From Vicugna vicugna (taxonomy: Eukaryota), in contig MU058718.1 of assembly GCA_013265495.1 (NCBI GenBank), forward strand, positions 3,247,779-3,298,672: a DNA stretch of 50,894 bases. The letters run 5' to 3'. The notes beneath the pieces were generated by a model. That model searched no databases, was not told the DNA's origin, and saw only the letters and a list, made by a program, of their open reading frames with translations. The first letter of the stretch is position 1. Each line of letters starts with the position of its first letter. A program made the translations under genes and the position numbers. This document shows, piece by piece, positions 1 through 12,745 of the stretch.

Positions 1-650
1 AGGACAGAGCCCTGGCCATCAAAGGGATATATTTTTGTGAAGGAAGACAGAAAGTTATTACAAATCAGTGCAACAGAGTTCTAACAAAAAAATGCACTGG
101 CACATATCTGAGTGGAAAGGGGGGACACAGAGGAAGTGCTCATAGTCTGGGGACAATCAGGAAATGATTCTGAAAAGAAGTGAAACTTAAGCTGAGTTTG
201 GTGGGAAAAGAAAACAAAGAAAGAAAGTAAAAGCAGCCAAGCACGCAGAAGGCTGTGCCAGGCAGAGGGAATGGCTTGTACCAAGGCTTGGAGGCTGGAA
301 AGCATCGCTGCACACGCAGGAAGGGATGAGGTAGGAGACGAGGATGGAGAATGGAGGAAGGACTCCAGTCTCCATGGTTCTCTAAATAGGTTCTTGGATT
401 CTGAACGTCGACAGAGATTGAGTGAATTAAACTGGACTGACCTGGTGTGCCACACGAAAATGTTTGAACTTCACCCCAAGGACCATGCCAAGCACTACAT
501 TTTAAGCAGAGAGGAACAAAAAATGACTAATGATTCTGGTAACAAAGTAGAAGAGAATGGCTTAGACAACGGTTGGGAGAATGGCGAGAGAAAGCCAGTT
601 TAGAGGTTGTCCTAAGAGTTGAGAAGAAAAATGATGAGATTCTGAACCAA
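1..650 (-). mobile_element. Degraded LINE-2 fragment
   Basis: Purine-rich L2-type motifs (gaagtgaaacttaagctgag, ttttaagcagagaggaac, gagaaagccagtttagaggttgt). Confidence 0.6.
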
Positions 651-777
651 GCACAGCTACTTATTAGGAAATAAGTTAGGTATGTATTGTCCAACAGTCA
701 ATTTGGCTATAGAAAATTTCTACAGTAATGCTATAAACTGTATATAGTTGAGGTACTTCACTGACAAAATTGATATC

Positions 778-909
778 TAAGGTGACTGTATGTCCTGTTT
801 GTCTGAGACAGCCCTGGGTTTCACTGGTTATCCTGGTACCATTATTAACAGTATCCCTTTGTTTTCAAGAGTGTCCCAATTTGGCTGAGAAATTATTGGG
901 ATCTCATCT
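778..909. mobile_element. hAT-Blackjack MITE (MER81-like)
   Basis: Starts taaggtgactgtatgtcctgttt; internal attattaacagtatcccttt...agagtgtcccaatttgg; about 130 bp. Confidence 0.65.
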
Positions 910-1498
910 TCCAACTCCCTGAGTTTCTAGTCCGAGTCCCTACTTTAGACACTATTCCTTGGATTCCTCTTTTCCTCACCAGATAAGTTCATCATCTTCC
1001 ACCCCCTAGGCCATACTTTTGGTTACCAGAGAAGAAAGCTGCTTTTTCTCTCTGGACCCAACATCAGCCCTTTTATCAGATTGTTTGTCTTACACTTATT
1101 TGAATATCTCTACTTCTGGCCACAGAAATTCTATGGAGGAGATCCTTCTGTTCTGGATTCCAAACCTGTTTCTAAATCAGTTTCTTCTGCTTAAAATCTT
1201 CCTTCTTCCTTCAGCTCTGATTGAGTGCCCTGGCCTTTAAAATCCCAGCCACCTCACTGGTAACATTGCCCTTCATTGTACCATCTTGAGCCCATGAATC
1301 CTCTCAATGAAAATGTTAACTTCCTTCCCAACTTTGCCTCACACTGCCTGGTCATCTATCGGAACAGAGTCTCAGATCCCTATCACAGGCAGCTCACCTT
1401 CTCCACCAAAGTCAACTTTTATTGCACAGTGTTAATCTGTCACATGCCCTCTACTCTTCCATTCAAGACTAACCAAAATGTAAAGAGTAGCTATTTAC

Positions 1499-2023
1499 AC
1501 AATGTAAAAGAATCTGAAAAAGAATACATGTATATGTATAACTGAATCGCTTTCTTGTACACCTGAAACACACATTATAAATCAACTGTACTTCATATGG
1601 TATTTTTCTTTCTACCATATGAGATCACTCATATGTGGAATCTAAAAAACAAAAACAAAAACAAGCAAACAAAAACAAAGCATAAATACAGGACAGAAAT
1701 AGACTCATAGACAGAGAATACAGACTTGTGGTTGCCAGGGGGGTGGAGGGTGGGAAGGGATAGATGGGATTTCAAAATTGTAGAATAGATAAACAAGATT
1801 ACACTGTATAGCAAAGGGAAATATACACAAAATGTTATGGTAGCTCACAGAGAAGAAAATGTGACAATGAGTGTGTATATGTCCATGAATGACTGAAAAA
1901 TTGTGCTGAACACTGGAATTTGACACAACATTGTAAAATGATTATAAATCAATAAAAAATGTTAAAAAAAATAAATCAACTGTACTTCAATTTAAAATTT
2001 TTAAATTTATTTTTTAAATTAAA
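1499..2023 (+). mobile_element. Older short L1 3' end, interrupted by a younger L1
   Basis: tgtataactgaatcgctttcttgtacacctgaaac...aaatcaactgtacttca|a is an L1 terminus. Degenerate flanking repeat at 1482-1498 / 2024-2040 (13/17). Confidence 0.75.
1596..1970 (+). mobile_element. Young 5'-truncated L1 3' end with 5' inversion and 19-bp TSD
   Basis: L1 3' UTR with A tail; perfect TSD ATAAATCAACTGTACTTCA at 1577-1595 and 1971-1989. Confidence 0.92.
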
Positions 2024-5000
2024 AAAGAGCAGTTGTTTATGTGGCAGGACTACTTATGATTTTTATACCTCTTTTTATTCATCTACTTCTTTGTATATTC
2101 AAAGTTTTCCACAATGAGTATTTTATAATGAAATACATTTCCTTAAAACAATTCTACCATCATTCCCTTCACAAATGTGGACCACTCTTCTCACCTTCAA
2201 AGTCTCACGGAAGCTACTCATCTTACAACCTAGAACTTTCCATTTACAACGAGATTTGGCCAAGGTGTTAGCCACTGTGCCAAGCTCTCTGCCAGAGTTT
2301 TCTCATAAATACGAACAGGATGACAAAAGAACCCTACTTCTGACAGTACATATTTTTTACTCCATGCAAAAGTTAAAAAAAAAATTTTTTTCAGTTTAAG
2401 AGAATGGGTGGAGAAAGGGCAAATACCAAAGAGAGAAGAGTAGGTTGCAACAGATATTAACAGATATCTGGAGATCAAAGCATCATTACTGCTGCACTCC
2501 CAAAACATCAACTGTCAGAGACAGCAGAATTCAAAGGCCAAATAGGCTGAATGAGGGGGAAGGCTTGAATTAGGGAGGAGCAGCAGAGGCATTAGAAACA
2601 AGATCACTTAAGCAACATAGCAGTCAACCAGCAGGACAATTTCAAGTCTGTATATTGAATCATCTTTATATAAATTGATTGCAGTTGTAATAATTTAATG
2701 GCTTAAGATGAATATTTGTATGTCTAACAATCCAAACCAGGGCTTTTCAGGTTTTGCTCTGAGGGTATTGTATGAAGACAGGAGGTGGCATAAAGAGGTA
2801 AGTGGGTAAGACTCCTGCCTCCCACTCACTTCAGCCAGTCTTGGCTAATTTAGGAGATAAAATGTGTTTGAAAGCCAATGATTTAAATAAATGTGTGGGT
2901 GTGTGTGTGTAAGCACGTGCACGTATGTATGGACAAGAGATATGCACAACCTAACTTTTCATATGACCTTAATCTAACTAAATACGTATCCTTTTGGCAT
3001 ATTTATTAGCAATGTATGTTCTTGACCTTGCTCACAAGAAGCAGAAACATTTCATTGAGAAGTTTAAAAATGCCTTTTCTTAATAATCTCACATTCGTGC
3101 TTCTAATCCATGTATGAACTCATGTGGAACCTTAATGGGCACATCACAAATCATGGGTTTTAGATTCTCCTGCTAAATAATAAGTTCATTGGAGACAAGG
3201 GTCTCCTCTTTCCCACTGCCTAGTATGTTCAGTAGACTACTCAATAAACATTTGTTGGTTAAAAAGAAAAGTGAAGGCAGAACATATTTTTAAAAATATG
3301 TATCCAAAAAAAAATTCTTCAGTAAACCCAAAAGTAATTTATCTGCAGAGAAATATATTGTCCAGGGTTAAAGTTGTAATCTACAAACATATAGAGAGAA
3401 TGCTAATCATCAGGATAATGATTTTGCTCTAAGGGTATAGCAGCGATAATGAAATCAATACATCATCATCCCGCTTTACAACACAGCCATCTTCGCATGT
3501 GGTAGGAACATACTGCATCAGAATTGTCTGGCTTTATGTTATACCGGCTTATTACCTTCCAAACGATTTTGGTGAAAAATTTCTCTTCTCGATGCTACTT
3601 TTTCTCTTTATGTTAAAACACACACTTACATATTCTCTGAACCGAGGAGACAGGGTTAAGCAAACATTGTCTCTATAAAACCTTTGTATATAATGATACA
3701 TACAAATGAGATGAGACACCTATCTTTGTGCAATCTGTAGGAATTTAATAAATAATAAAATAAAGGAGGCATCATGGTTGTGTTGACTGCCTCAAACATT
3801 GGACCTGATAATCTCACTTGAAATTTCAGAGTACAAGAGAAAAGTCCACCTGCCATGATTTTGTGGCTTCAACGAAAAGGTCAGACGGAGCATGAACTTG
3901 AGAATTACACAGGGAAGGCAGACAAATCACACAGGAAATAAAAGGGTGTGCTGCTGTTAGCTGTATATTTCAGGCATCTGATTGATGTTGTGAGGGAAAA
4001 AGTTATAAACTAAACAATAACATGTGAACCCCAAATGATGCCATATGGGCTGGAGAACCCAGAACTGGGAAAGGAAATCATCAGAATAAAGTAATTCTGC
4101 TCTTGAAAAGAAAATGTTGTTGGCGATTGTTTCCCCTAGAATAACTAAGTTTATAAAATGTAAGTCATGTGTGTTATTATTTTACAAAGTTTTTTAAAAG
4201 CAAGTGGAGTAAAGGCAAAACTGCTTGGCTGTTTATGGCTAATTTTGGTTTGATACCAATTTGAATAGAACACGAACCTTTTGATATGTTTATAATATGA
4301 GAGTGCAATTCAGGCACAGGATGAATGAAATGTGACAGGATGGGTGACTTGTGCCATGTGCCACAAGCATCACACTGACTGGGCAGCCTAGAGGAAGATC
4401 CCGCAGACGTGGAAAGCGGTTGGGCACGAAGATAACTGAGCTCCATGATGCCCTACATATTTGTGAAGGAGTTTCTTGATGGGTGGTATAAAGTCAATCC
4501 ATTACCTGTCATGATAATTTCATAAATTTAAAACACTGTTCTTTGAATAGTGCAATCACACTCAATTTGAGATCACATTATATCTAGTAGAGCAAGATAT
4601 ATTAACAAGCACGAGCAGTGTGGATCGCAAATGGGTGGCTAGTGGTGGTCCACCATGGAAGGTCCACAAAGGGGTCTCCACGGGAGCCAACACCACCGTC
4701 CTGCCCTACAGCTCCTCTCGCATCAACTGATGTAGAGTCACTCCATCCACACCATGCTCACCACACTGCGTTTTCAGACCTAGCACTCATAAGTCTCTCT
4801 CACATCCTTTCATCCCACAAGCAAATTATTCCTCAATCCTCTCTCTCAACTTCTCACACTTCCAGTTACCATAAGAGTAGATTCTGTTCTACAACCAAGT
4901 GTCATCTCCATCCTAATCAAGGGAAATGGGGAGGAGAAATTCATCTTCCCTCAACATGAATGTGTGGGGAAAAAAGGGGGGGTGGTGGAAATGAGGATCA

Positions 5001-5395
5001 AGAAAGAAGAAGTAAGCAATCATTTGAAGAGGGGAAAATCCACCTTTATCCCATTAAGACAACTTCAGGTACATACCAGGAAAAGGGTGGCCACAGTCTC
5101 CTGAGTGTTTAAACATGGCTGGAATTTCACAAAATTAAATAGAGCTAATTATCTTTGATGAGCACACATGCTATTTACCTTTAGTGAGCCTTTTTCTGAA
5201 CTTGAACAATGGATTTCCAATATTTACCATTAGGTTGATTTAGAAAAAGTTCAGAGAGATTCTGGATCAAAAGTACAGTGCCCACTGAAAAGATGTGTAG
5301 TCCTGATTTCCTTCACTAACCAGTGGGAAAGGCTGCACAAGGTAAGCATAGAATTCTGTGCCCAGTTTGATATTCTAGTATGCTCTTTGTGAGAA

Positions 5396-5482
5396 AAAAA
5401 ATTTTAATGGAGGTACTGGGGATTGAACCCAGGACCTCCTGCATGTTAAGCATGTGCCCTACTGCTGAGTAATACCCACCCT
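5396..5482 (-). mobile_element. Short tRNA-derived SINE (camelid Vic-1-like)
   Basis: gaggtactggggattgaacccaggacctcctgcatgttaagcatg contains a B-box (GGTTCAATCCC on minus). TSD ctctttgtgaNaa at 5383-5395 / 5483-5495. Confidence 0.85.
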
Positions 5483-6904
5483 CTCTTTGTGACAATTTAA
5501 TAGGTTGGTAAGATTGTGAGCGGGGTTGCAGATTCTAGTAACAAATGCTCTTCTCTATTAGGCCTTCTAAGGGATGCATTAGTGTCCCTCTACACTGTGT
5601 TACTTATGTTACTAACTTGAGCTCCAGAGGCCCTCCAGCCATGGTACCCACTGTGCTACAAGGAGGTGGTATATGCTCCTCTCACCTGCATGACACCTAA
5701 AGGAGTAGAATATCCAAGACCACACCCACCATTACTGGCTTTATTATCACGAATGACGAGATTTTTTTTTTCCCGGCCCCGTAGTAAATCTATCACCAAA
5801 ACCTAGAGCGAATAGCAAAGGTCTAAGAACTAGGAGTGATTTCTACTCACAAGGCAGAGAGAAGAGACAGGTGCATACTCCAGGAAAATTCCCAGAAGGC
5901 ACGATGCCAAACCAAAGTAGGAGGGAGCATGTGGTGGAGTGGGCTTCAGTGAGCAGCTGGTCTCCCACCACTCTCCTCTCACTCAGAACTTTTTTTAATT
6001 GCCACTTCCCTTAAGCCACATCAAGAGTCTTCCCATGATTCTCTCACCTCCATGGATTTCTATTCTTGGCATTGGGTGCAAAGCCAAAAACTTGAAAGGA
6101 CTCCTTCTCTTCTCCATAAATCACTAAATACACAGAATTAGAGCCCATTCACCAGTTACTCTTCTCTCCTCAAAGATTTCTATTTACAGAGCTTTATCAA
6201 GTGAGTTATCAGGGAAAAGGCTCAGGAAAGTTGGTAACTATCCCTTATGGTTTTATTGAATTTAAACAGTTAGAATGGGCAGGTAACACAACATCCAAAA
6301 GCATGCCAGGAGAAGACTACAAAACCTCTTTATAATGGTCCTGGTCCTAAAGGCATAAACATTGAACCCCAAAGAATAAATGAACCCACAGGGTCGCAAT
6401 TTGATTGAATAAACTTACACTAGAATAATAAATAAAATAAATGACTAAACGGAAAGAATAAAGTTTCTGCATGGATGTGTTGAACACACACAGCTCTTTC
6501 ATTGTGAATAAGCTAAGTAAAATTTCATCATGATGGAACACTTTAACTTCCAGTACTGCTGTTCACCTCCTTAATGCTTTATCTAAGAATAACAGCAATT
6601 TGAACAATCAAGAAATTATCCATTGTGATTTCTTAAGAAAGGTGCAGCTCTTTGTTTCTAAAACATTCATTTATGTAATGAATGACTCTGAACTTGCAAG
6701 GAAATGTTCACTGGATTATGTGATACAATTTTAGGGCATGAATCTAGCAGCAATGATTAAATCTTAAACACAAATGTGGAAAAATTGTTCAACAAGCATG
6801 CAAAAGTCCCACATGATTAAGTTAAGCAGGGATTAGAAACCAAAAGTACTGTATAAAAATCATTGCTTTGCCTGAAATTTCTTTGGGAAAATCAAACTAG
6901 TACC

Positions 6905-7870
6905 TATCTCAGAAATCGCAGTATTTCTAAGTTGGAATAGATCTTAGATGACATTAAGGGCAATCCTGTTTAGTAGGGTGACTCCTTCATTCAGGTTTGC
7001 CTGGGATTTTTCTGATTCTAACACTGAAAATCTCAGTTTTATGCAAACTGGGATAGTTGTTCACTCCCCTCTTTGGATTCATAAATTCCTTTGAGGACGT
7101 AACTTACCAGAGACTTAACTTTCACAGGGTTCTTTTCCCAATCATGAGTCAAATCAGTGTGCCCATAACCTATCCTTATTTTGTCTTCTGCAGCAAAACC
7201 TGGTAGCCCTCTGAGTATGTGAAGACTGCCTCTCCCCCTCCCATACTTTCCCAATTGAATTCCTCTTTTCTCTAGGTTAAGTTGGCCCAGTTCCTTCATC
7301 TACTCCTTGTGTGCTCCTGTTCCACTGGCAACCTCATTACTCTCCTCTGGCCAGCTCATCTGTCAAGGTCCCTCAGATGATGACATCCCAAACTGAGCTC
7401 AAGCCTCCACACTCCACCTGAGTGGACTCTTGAGTTCCTCCACTGTCCTGGTCCCGGGGGATTCCATGCCAACAAACTGAAACTCCGTTGGCCACTGCAT
7501 CCCACTGTTGGTTAACAGTACGATTCATGTCAACAGAAAGCAGCAGAGACTTTTCACACATGCTATTGTTCAAAGCTCTGCCTCCTGTAGTTTTGCAATT
7601 GTTCTTTAGATGTCAAACACCACACAATGATCCCTTAGAGTGAACCCTCTATTCCAGCCCATGATTCCAGCTTTGGATCACAATACTCTCATCCAAAGCA
7701 CTTACTCCGTTCCCAAGGTTATGCAGTCTGGAAGTGTTTTCTGTGCATCAACATCTTCAATCCTTCAAACCATTGGCAGAAATGTGTACTAGGTCAGGGG
7801 GAAGACCAGATCATTTGTCAGGACACAGCTACTGGCTGCATAAAGACAGGTATTCCCTTGGGTCTTTTGT
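6905..7870 (-). mobile_element. CR1/L3 LINE 3' fragment, interrupted by a MITE
   Basis: Minus-strand translations KELGQLNLEKR and DMNRTVNQQWDAVA resemble the CR1 ORF2 C-terminal motifs LKELGLFSLEKRR and LNMSQQC. Confidence 0.75.
6974..7069. mobile_element. hAT MITE (MER81/MER94/MER96 group)
   Basis: tagggtgact...ggtttgcctggga at the left end and gcaaactgggatagttgttcact at the right end form imperfect inverted termini. Confidence 0.55.
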
Positions 7871-7946
7871 TTTGAGATGTTCTCCAGGGCTCTTCCTATT
7901 TCCAGATTTTAGGAGAGAAGCTGAAACTAGGAGAATGCAAATACAC

Positions 7947-9243
7947 ATAGGAGATTATACAATGGAGAAAAGACAGTCTCTTCAGCAAGTAGTGTTGGGA
8001 AAACTGGACAACAACATGTAAATCAATGAGTTAGAACTCTCCTTCACACCACACACAAAAATAAACTCAAAATGGCATAAAGACTTAAACATAAGACAAG
8101 ACGCAATAAATTTCCTAGAAGAAAACATAGGCAAAACATTACCTGACATAAATTTTAGCAATGTTCTCCTAGGTCAGTCTACCCAGGCAATAGAAATGAA
8201 AGCAAAAATTAACAAATGGAACCTAATTAATCTTATAAGTTTTTGTACACCAAGGAAAACCGTAAGCAAAACAAAATGGCAACCTGTGGAATGGGAGAAA
8301 GTATTTGCAAATGATGCAACTGACAAAGGCTTAATTTCCAGAATATATAAACAGTTCATATAGCTTAATAACAATAACAACAAAAAAACCCAATCCAAAA
8401 ACGGGCAGAAGACCTAAACAAGCAATTCTCCAGTGAAGACATACAAATAGCCAATAGGCACATGAAAAAATGCTCTATATCACTAATTATCAGAGAAATG
8501 CAAATCCAAACTACAATGAGATATCACCTCACACCAGACAGTATGGCCATCATTCAAAAGTCCAGGAACAATAAATGCTGGAGAGAGTGTGCAGAAAAGG
8601 GAACCCTCCTATATTGCTGGTGGGAACCATTATGGAAAACAGTATGGAGATTCCTCAAAAAACTAATAACAGACTTACCATATGATCCAGCAAACCCACT
8701 TCTAGGCATATATACAGAAGGAACTCTAATTTGAAAAGATACATGCATTCCAATGTTCATAGCAGCACTATATACAATAGCCAGGACATGGAAGCTACCT
8801 AAATGTCCATTGACAGAGGACTGGATAAAGAAGTTGTGGTATATTTATACAATGGAATACTACTCAGCCATAAAAAAGAATAAGAATGAGATTTGCAGCA
8901 ACATGGATGGACCTGGAGATCATCATTCAAGTGAAGTAAGCCAGAAAGAGAAAGAAAAATACCATATGATATCACTCATATGTGGGGGGAAAAAAAGAAA
9001 AAAAAAGGACCCTATGAACTCATCTACAAAACAGAAATAGACTTTCAGACATAATAAATAATCTTATGGTTACCAGGGAAAGGGGGTGGGAAAAGATAAA
9101 TTTGGGAGTTTGAGATTTACAAATTTTAGCCACTATATATAAAAATAGATTTTAAAAAATGAGTTTCTTCTGTATAGCACAGGAAACTATATTCAGTATC
9201 TTGTAATAACCTTTAATGAAAAAGAGTATGAAAACGAACAAAC
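7947..9243 (+). mobile_element. L1 fragment: ORF2 C-terminal region plus most of the 3' UTR
   Basis: Broken ORF2 peptides [53 protein letters not shown] and [14 protein letters not shown]. Confidence 0.95.
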
Positions 9244-9402
9244 AGAAACCAAATACACTGAAGCAATACTTTCTTCATTTTCAACCAACCAGCAACTGCC
9301 TTCTCCTTTACCTATACCCACCTGTATTCCTCCTGGTGTTTCCAAACTTCAGTCAAGCATGTAAGATGGAATTCCCACTATGAACCCAAATTGAGCAGGG
9401 CT

Positions 9403-9830
9403 CTGCGGGCACCAAGTGTGACTCATCAGTATAGTTCCTCTGATGTCCCCGACTCTCCCCTTCCCGGGTACACAGTAGGATTTCACTTGCCCACCCCTTT
9501 AGAAGTGGTCACATGACTTGCTTTAGGCAATGACATGCATATGGAAGGATATGCCTTGCATCCTGGCAGAAGCTTTAAAAGCCAGCAGTGTGGTTTGTCA
9601 TGATTTCTGCTCATTGTCCACTGCTGTTTTCATCAGGGAAGTGGGTGTCAAGATGAAGACTTTCTTTAACCTGGGTCCCTGTGAGAACCAATGATCATCA
9701 TCCCCCTGCTGGCCCACAGTAGACGTGCAGGTGGAGTAGGAAATCAAGCCCCTGAGATTTTGGACGTTTTTTACCACACAATGACTTAGCCTGCCCTGCT
9801 GGTTATTCTGCCGATGCAGAAGTAGACACA
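9403..9830 (+). mobile_element. ERVL-MaLR solo LTR (MLT1-type)
   Basis: cacttgcccacccc...ggtcacatgacttgctttaggcaatgacatg; aacctgggtccctgtga; aaatcaagcccctgagattttgg. Confidence 0.75.
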
Positions 9831-10594
9831 CTGATCTTTGTTTACAAGAAGCTCACAGTATAGTTAAGGAGATAAATCATATCCACAAAATAAAAGCAAG
9901 GACTAAAGTAGCATGTGGTAAAAAAAAATGAAATTGGCAAGTAGAGATAATTGGCAAACAAGATATGGTGCTAAAGGTGAGTCAGTCAGACGAGGCATTA
10001 AAAGGGAATTAGAAAAGGGAGAGTCCAACATGCACTAAAAGTTCTCAGAAAACGTCTTATTTCCATTAAACAAAAGCAAGCTTTAAATTTTATAATTTAT
10101 TGAAAAATATTCTAGAAAATAGTTCTACAAGTATGTTGAGTCTTCTTTTTTAAAACTGTAATAGAAGTGTGAACTTAAGTCATGGGGCCACTCGAAGTCC
10201 ATTTGATTTTAGCCTTTTCAATAACCAGCACTAATAAGGCACTGGTTTTTTTTTGTTTAACTGGATGTATTGCACGTCTCTGTCCCTCAGAAGGGGACAG
10301 ATTTAGCACTCTACTAAAGACAGAGGGGTCCTTCTTTACAGAAGTTTTACAGGAAACTTGGCAATTTGGGGAATGCAGATAAAAATGCAGCTGATCTTAG
10401 CACTCACTTAGAATATGATTTCACAGAAAGGTCCATTACTATAAGTATAAAAATAAATAAACACTGGCCTGAATACTCAAGGCTCAAAACCAATTTGGCT
10501 AATCTAGCAAAAATATGGCCTTTTTTCTTTTTAAAATATATTCAGCATCTCCTGTCCTTTTATAGAGAGGGAAGAATTTTGGTATTAATTGGAA

Positions 10595-11420
10595 TAGTCA
10601 TTCACTCATTCATCAGAGATTTACCAAGCCCTCTCTGCCTGGGACTATGCTAGACGTTGGCTATTCATTAGTGAGAGGAACAGTCGAGGGTCTGTCTGCT
10701 GGAAGCCTACAGTGTAGAGGGGTAACAACAGAGTGGAAAGGGTTGGAGAGGCTGTCTACATACAAGAAACAGCATGTGTTCAAGGGCCTTGAATGTTCAA
10801 GGAAATCAAAGTTCAGCAGGTGTCAACTAACCATGGTAAATGGAAAGGAAAGTAGCTTGATATGAAGTCAGTGCTGGGGAATGGCCACACCAAACGGGCT
10901 TTGTAGCTCCTGTTAGGGAATCTGCTCTTCTCATTTTGTCCCAAATGTCCTCAGAGTTTGGAACAGGAGGTGCCTCACGACACAATTTCTGTTTTAAGAA
11001 AGTCATCCCAGCAGCCGTGTGAAGAATGATCAATGAGATTAGAGTAGTCATGGGGATTAAGAGAACTGTGGCAATAACCCAGGCCAGCAGTCACAGTGCC
11101 CGCGACTGAGGTGGTAGCAGTGGTCATGGCGTGAAGTGAATTGACTGGGAATATATACGGAAGTAAATGCTTCAGGACTAGGTAATGGGGTGGCTGTGGG
11201 GGTGATGGGTGTGTTAGGGAGAACTCCCAGATTCCGGCATGAGCAACTTCTTCACTTTCTGCAGTGGGGAAGCAAGGTGGGGTGGGCAGAATGAGGAGAC
11301 CCAGTAGGAGTTCTGTGTTGACACGAAGGGCAAGTGGAAACGTTGGTCTGAAGTTCAGCAGAGCAGAGGAGGTAAGGGGTCCAAATGTGTGCACCATGCA
11401 CTTAGCACTGGTGTTCGGCT
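10595..11420 (-). mobile_element. LINE-2 fragment
   Basis: Starts with the L2 3' tail (tcattcactcattca...). Internal L2 motifs include tttaagaaagtcatcccagcagccgtgtgaagaatga. Confidence 0.75.
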
Positions 11421-12429
11421 GTGGGAGAGGTTCGTGGTGGGGTGGGTGGTAAAATGGCTGTGGCCTCACACAACAATGAGTGTGTGGTTCAGGACAAGGA
11501 TGGGAAGGTGGATTTGGAAAATGTGAGCAAGATCAACAAGCATTCTTGTGAGCTAAAAGGAAGAAGTCTAACAATTTAAGAAAATAATTCTGGCCAGCCC
11601 TTGATCCAACCCCAGACCTGTAGGAGAATGTGGAAATGTTTACACCTGAGAAGATAGAAATATTTACACTCAAATCACAATTCAAAACAGGGGCCTCTCC
11701 TGTGTGTCTCATCCCACATCACAAGCTAACTTTGTATTCAACTTTTACTGAATTTTCAGCTCCCACTCGATGACTATTTTTCAAAAAAGATTGACATTTT
11801 TATCACTACCCAAGTTTTTACTATCCAAGCAATCTTGAGTTGAGGAATGTTTCCCAAATACCAAGCTATGACAAAATGCTCACCAGTTCATGGCAAAATG
11901 AGGAAACCAGAACCATGGGACACATAATGTATCAACATCAGGGGGTCAACTGTCCTTTCCCAAAGAAGATGCCCCTTTATTCAGAAATAATACCAGTCCT
12001 GCCCATTTAGTATTAAAATCTCCTTCCTTTTATGAAATAATGGTGATAGGAGATAATCTTTAATTTCCTTACTTGGTGAATCAGGAAAGAACAAGAAGAG
12101 AGAACAAAGGATCGCTGAAAATCCCAGCGCCGACTCCCAGCTAGGCGCTCCCTCCAGCTGAACTACTCCCTCCCAGACGCAGCCCCGGAAGCCGTCTAGG
12201 ATTCACATTTGCACCTCAGCAGACATTGCTAAAAGCCAGGGACATCTGTAGTTGTTTCCAGACAGTCAAAACCACAAATGTTAGGGCGCACTTTATTGGC
12301 AATGCTGAGTCATTGTGCAAAAGGCAAAGAAATTCCTCAACTCTAAGAATTGTAAACAGAGCCCTGTGTCGCTGGTTTCTCTTTCCCATACGCCTCCTCC
12401 TGTTGGGATCTTGATTCAATCAAATCAAC

Positions 12430-12745
12430 TACAAGACGATTGGAGATATTTCAACACCATCCAGGTCTGATTTGCTATTAAGGTGAGGTGGATTAATGGC
12501 ATTGTGTTAAGAAACTATTTTTTAGAAATGCATACTGATGTATTTGAGGTGAAATTTATGACATTTGAGATTGTTTTCAAAATACTTAAGCAAAAGTGAA
12601 GTAGATAAACCAAATATGCAAGCTGTTGAACACTGTTAAATTTAGACGATGATGAAGGTATATTTCACTATCTCTATTTTGGGGTATGTTTGAAAGTTTT
12701 CATAGTAAGAGACGTCAAGGAAGGAAGGGACGGAAGGAAGGGAGA
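12430..12745 (+). mobile_element. Old L1M 3' end with a (GGAA)-like tail
   Basis: tttagaaatgcatactgatgtatttgaggtgaaat...tatgtttgaaagttttcatagtaa. Confidence 0.65.

Noticed and set aside
2892..2930. Overlapping E-boxes GCACGTGCACGT
   Set aside because: Adjacent to a decaying (TG)n run and best explained as microsatellite mutation.
4618..4959. 113-aa His/Ser-rich ORF in unique-looking sequence
   Set aside because: GTG start and no recognisable homology or exon chain; the minus-strand frames I translated were also uninformative.
5405..5482. tRNA gene-like B-box
   Set aside because: Part of a TSD-flanked SINE; I could not build a cloverleaf.
8462..9040. ORFs of 90 and 95 aa with protein-like sequence
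   Set aside because: Fragments of L1 ORF2 broken by stops and deletions; not host genes.
10975..11469. 164-aa ORF
   Set aside because: Lies within a LINE-2 remnant and has no ATG start.
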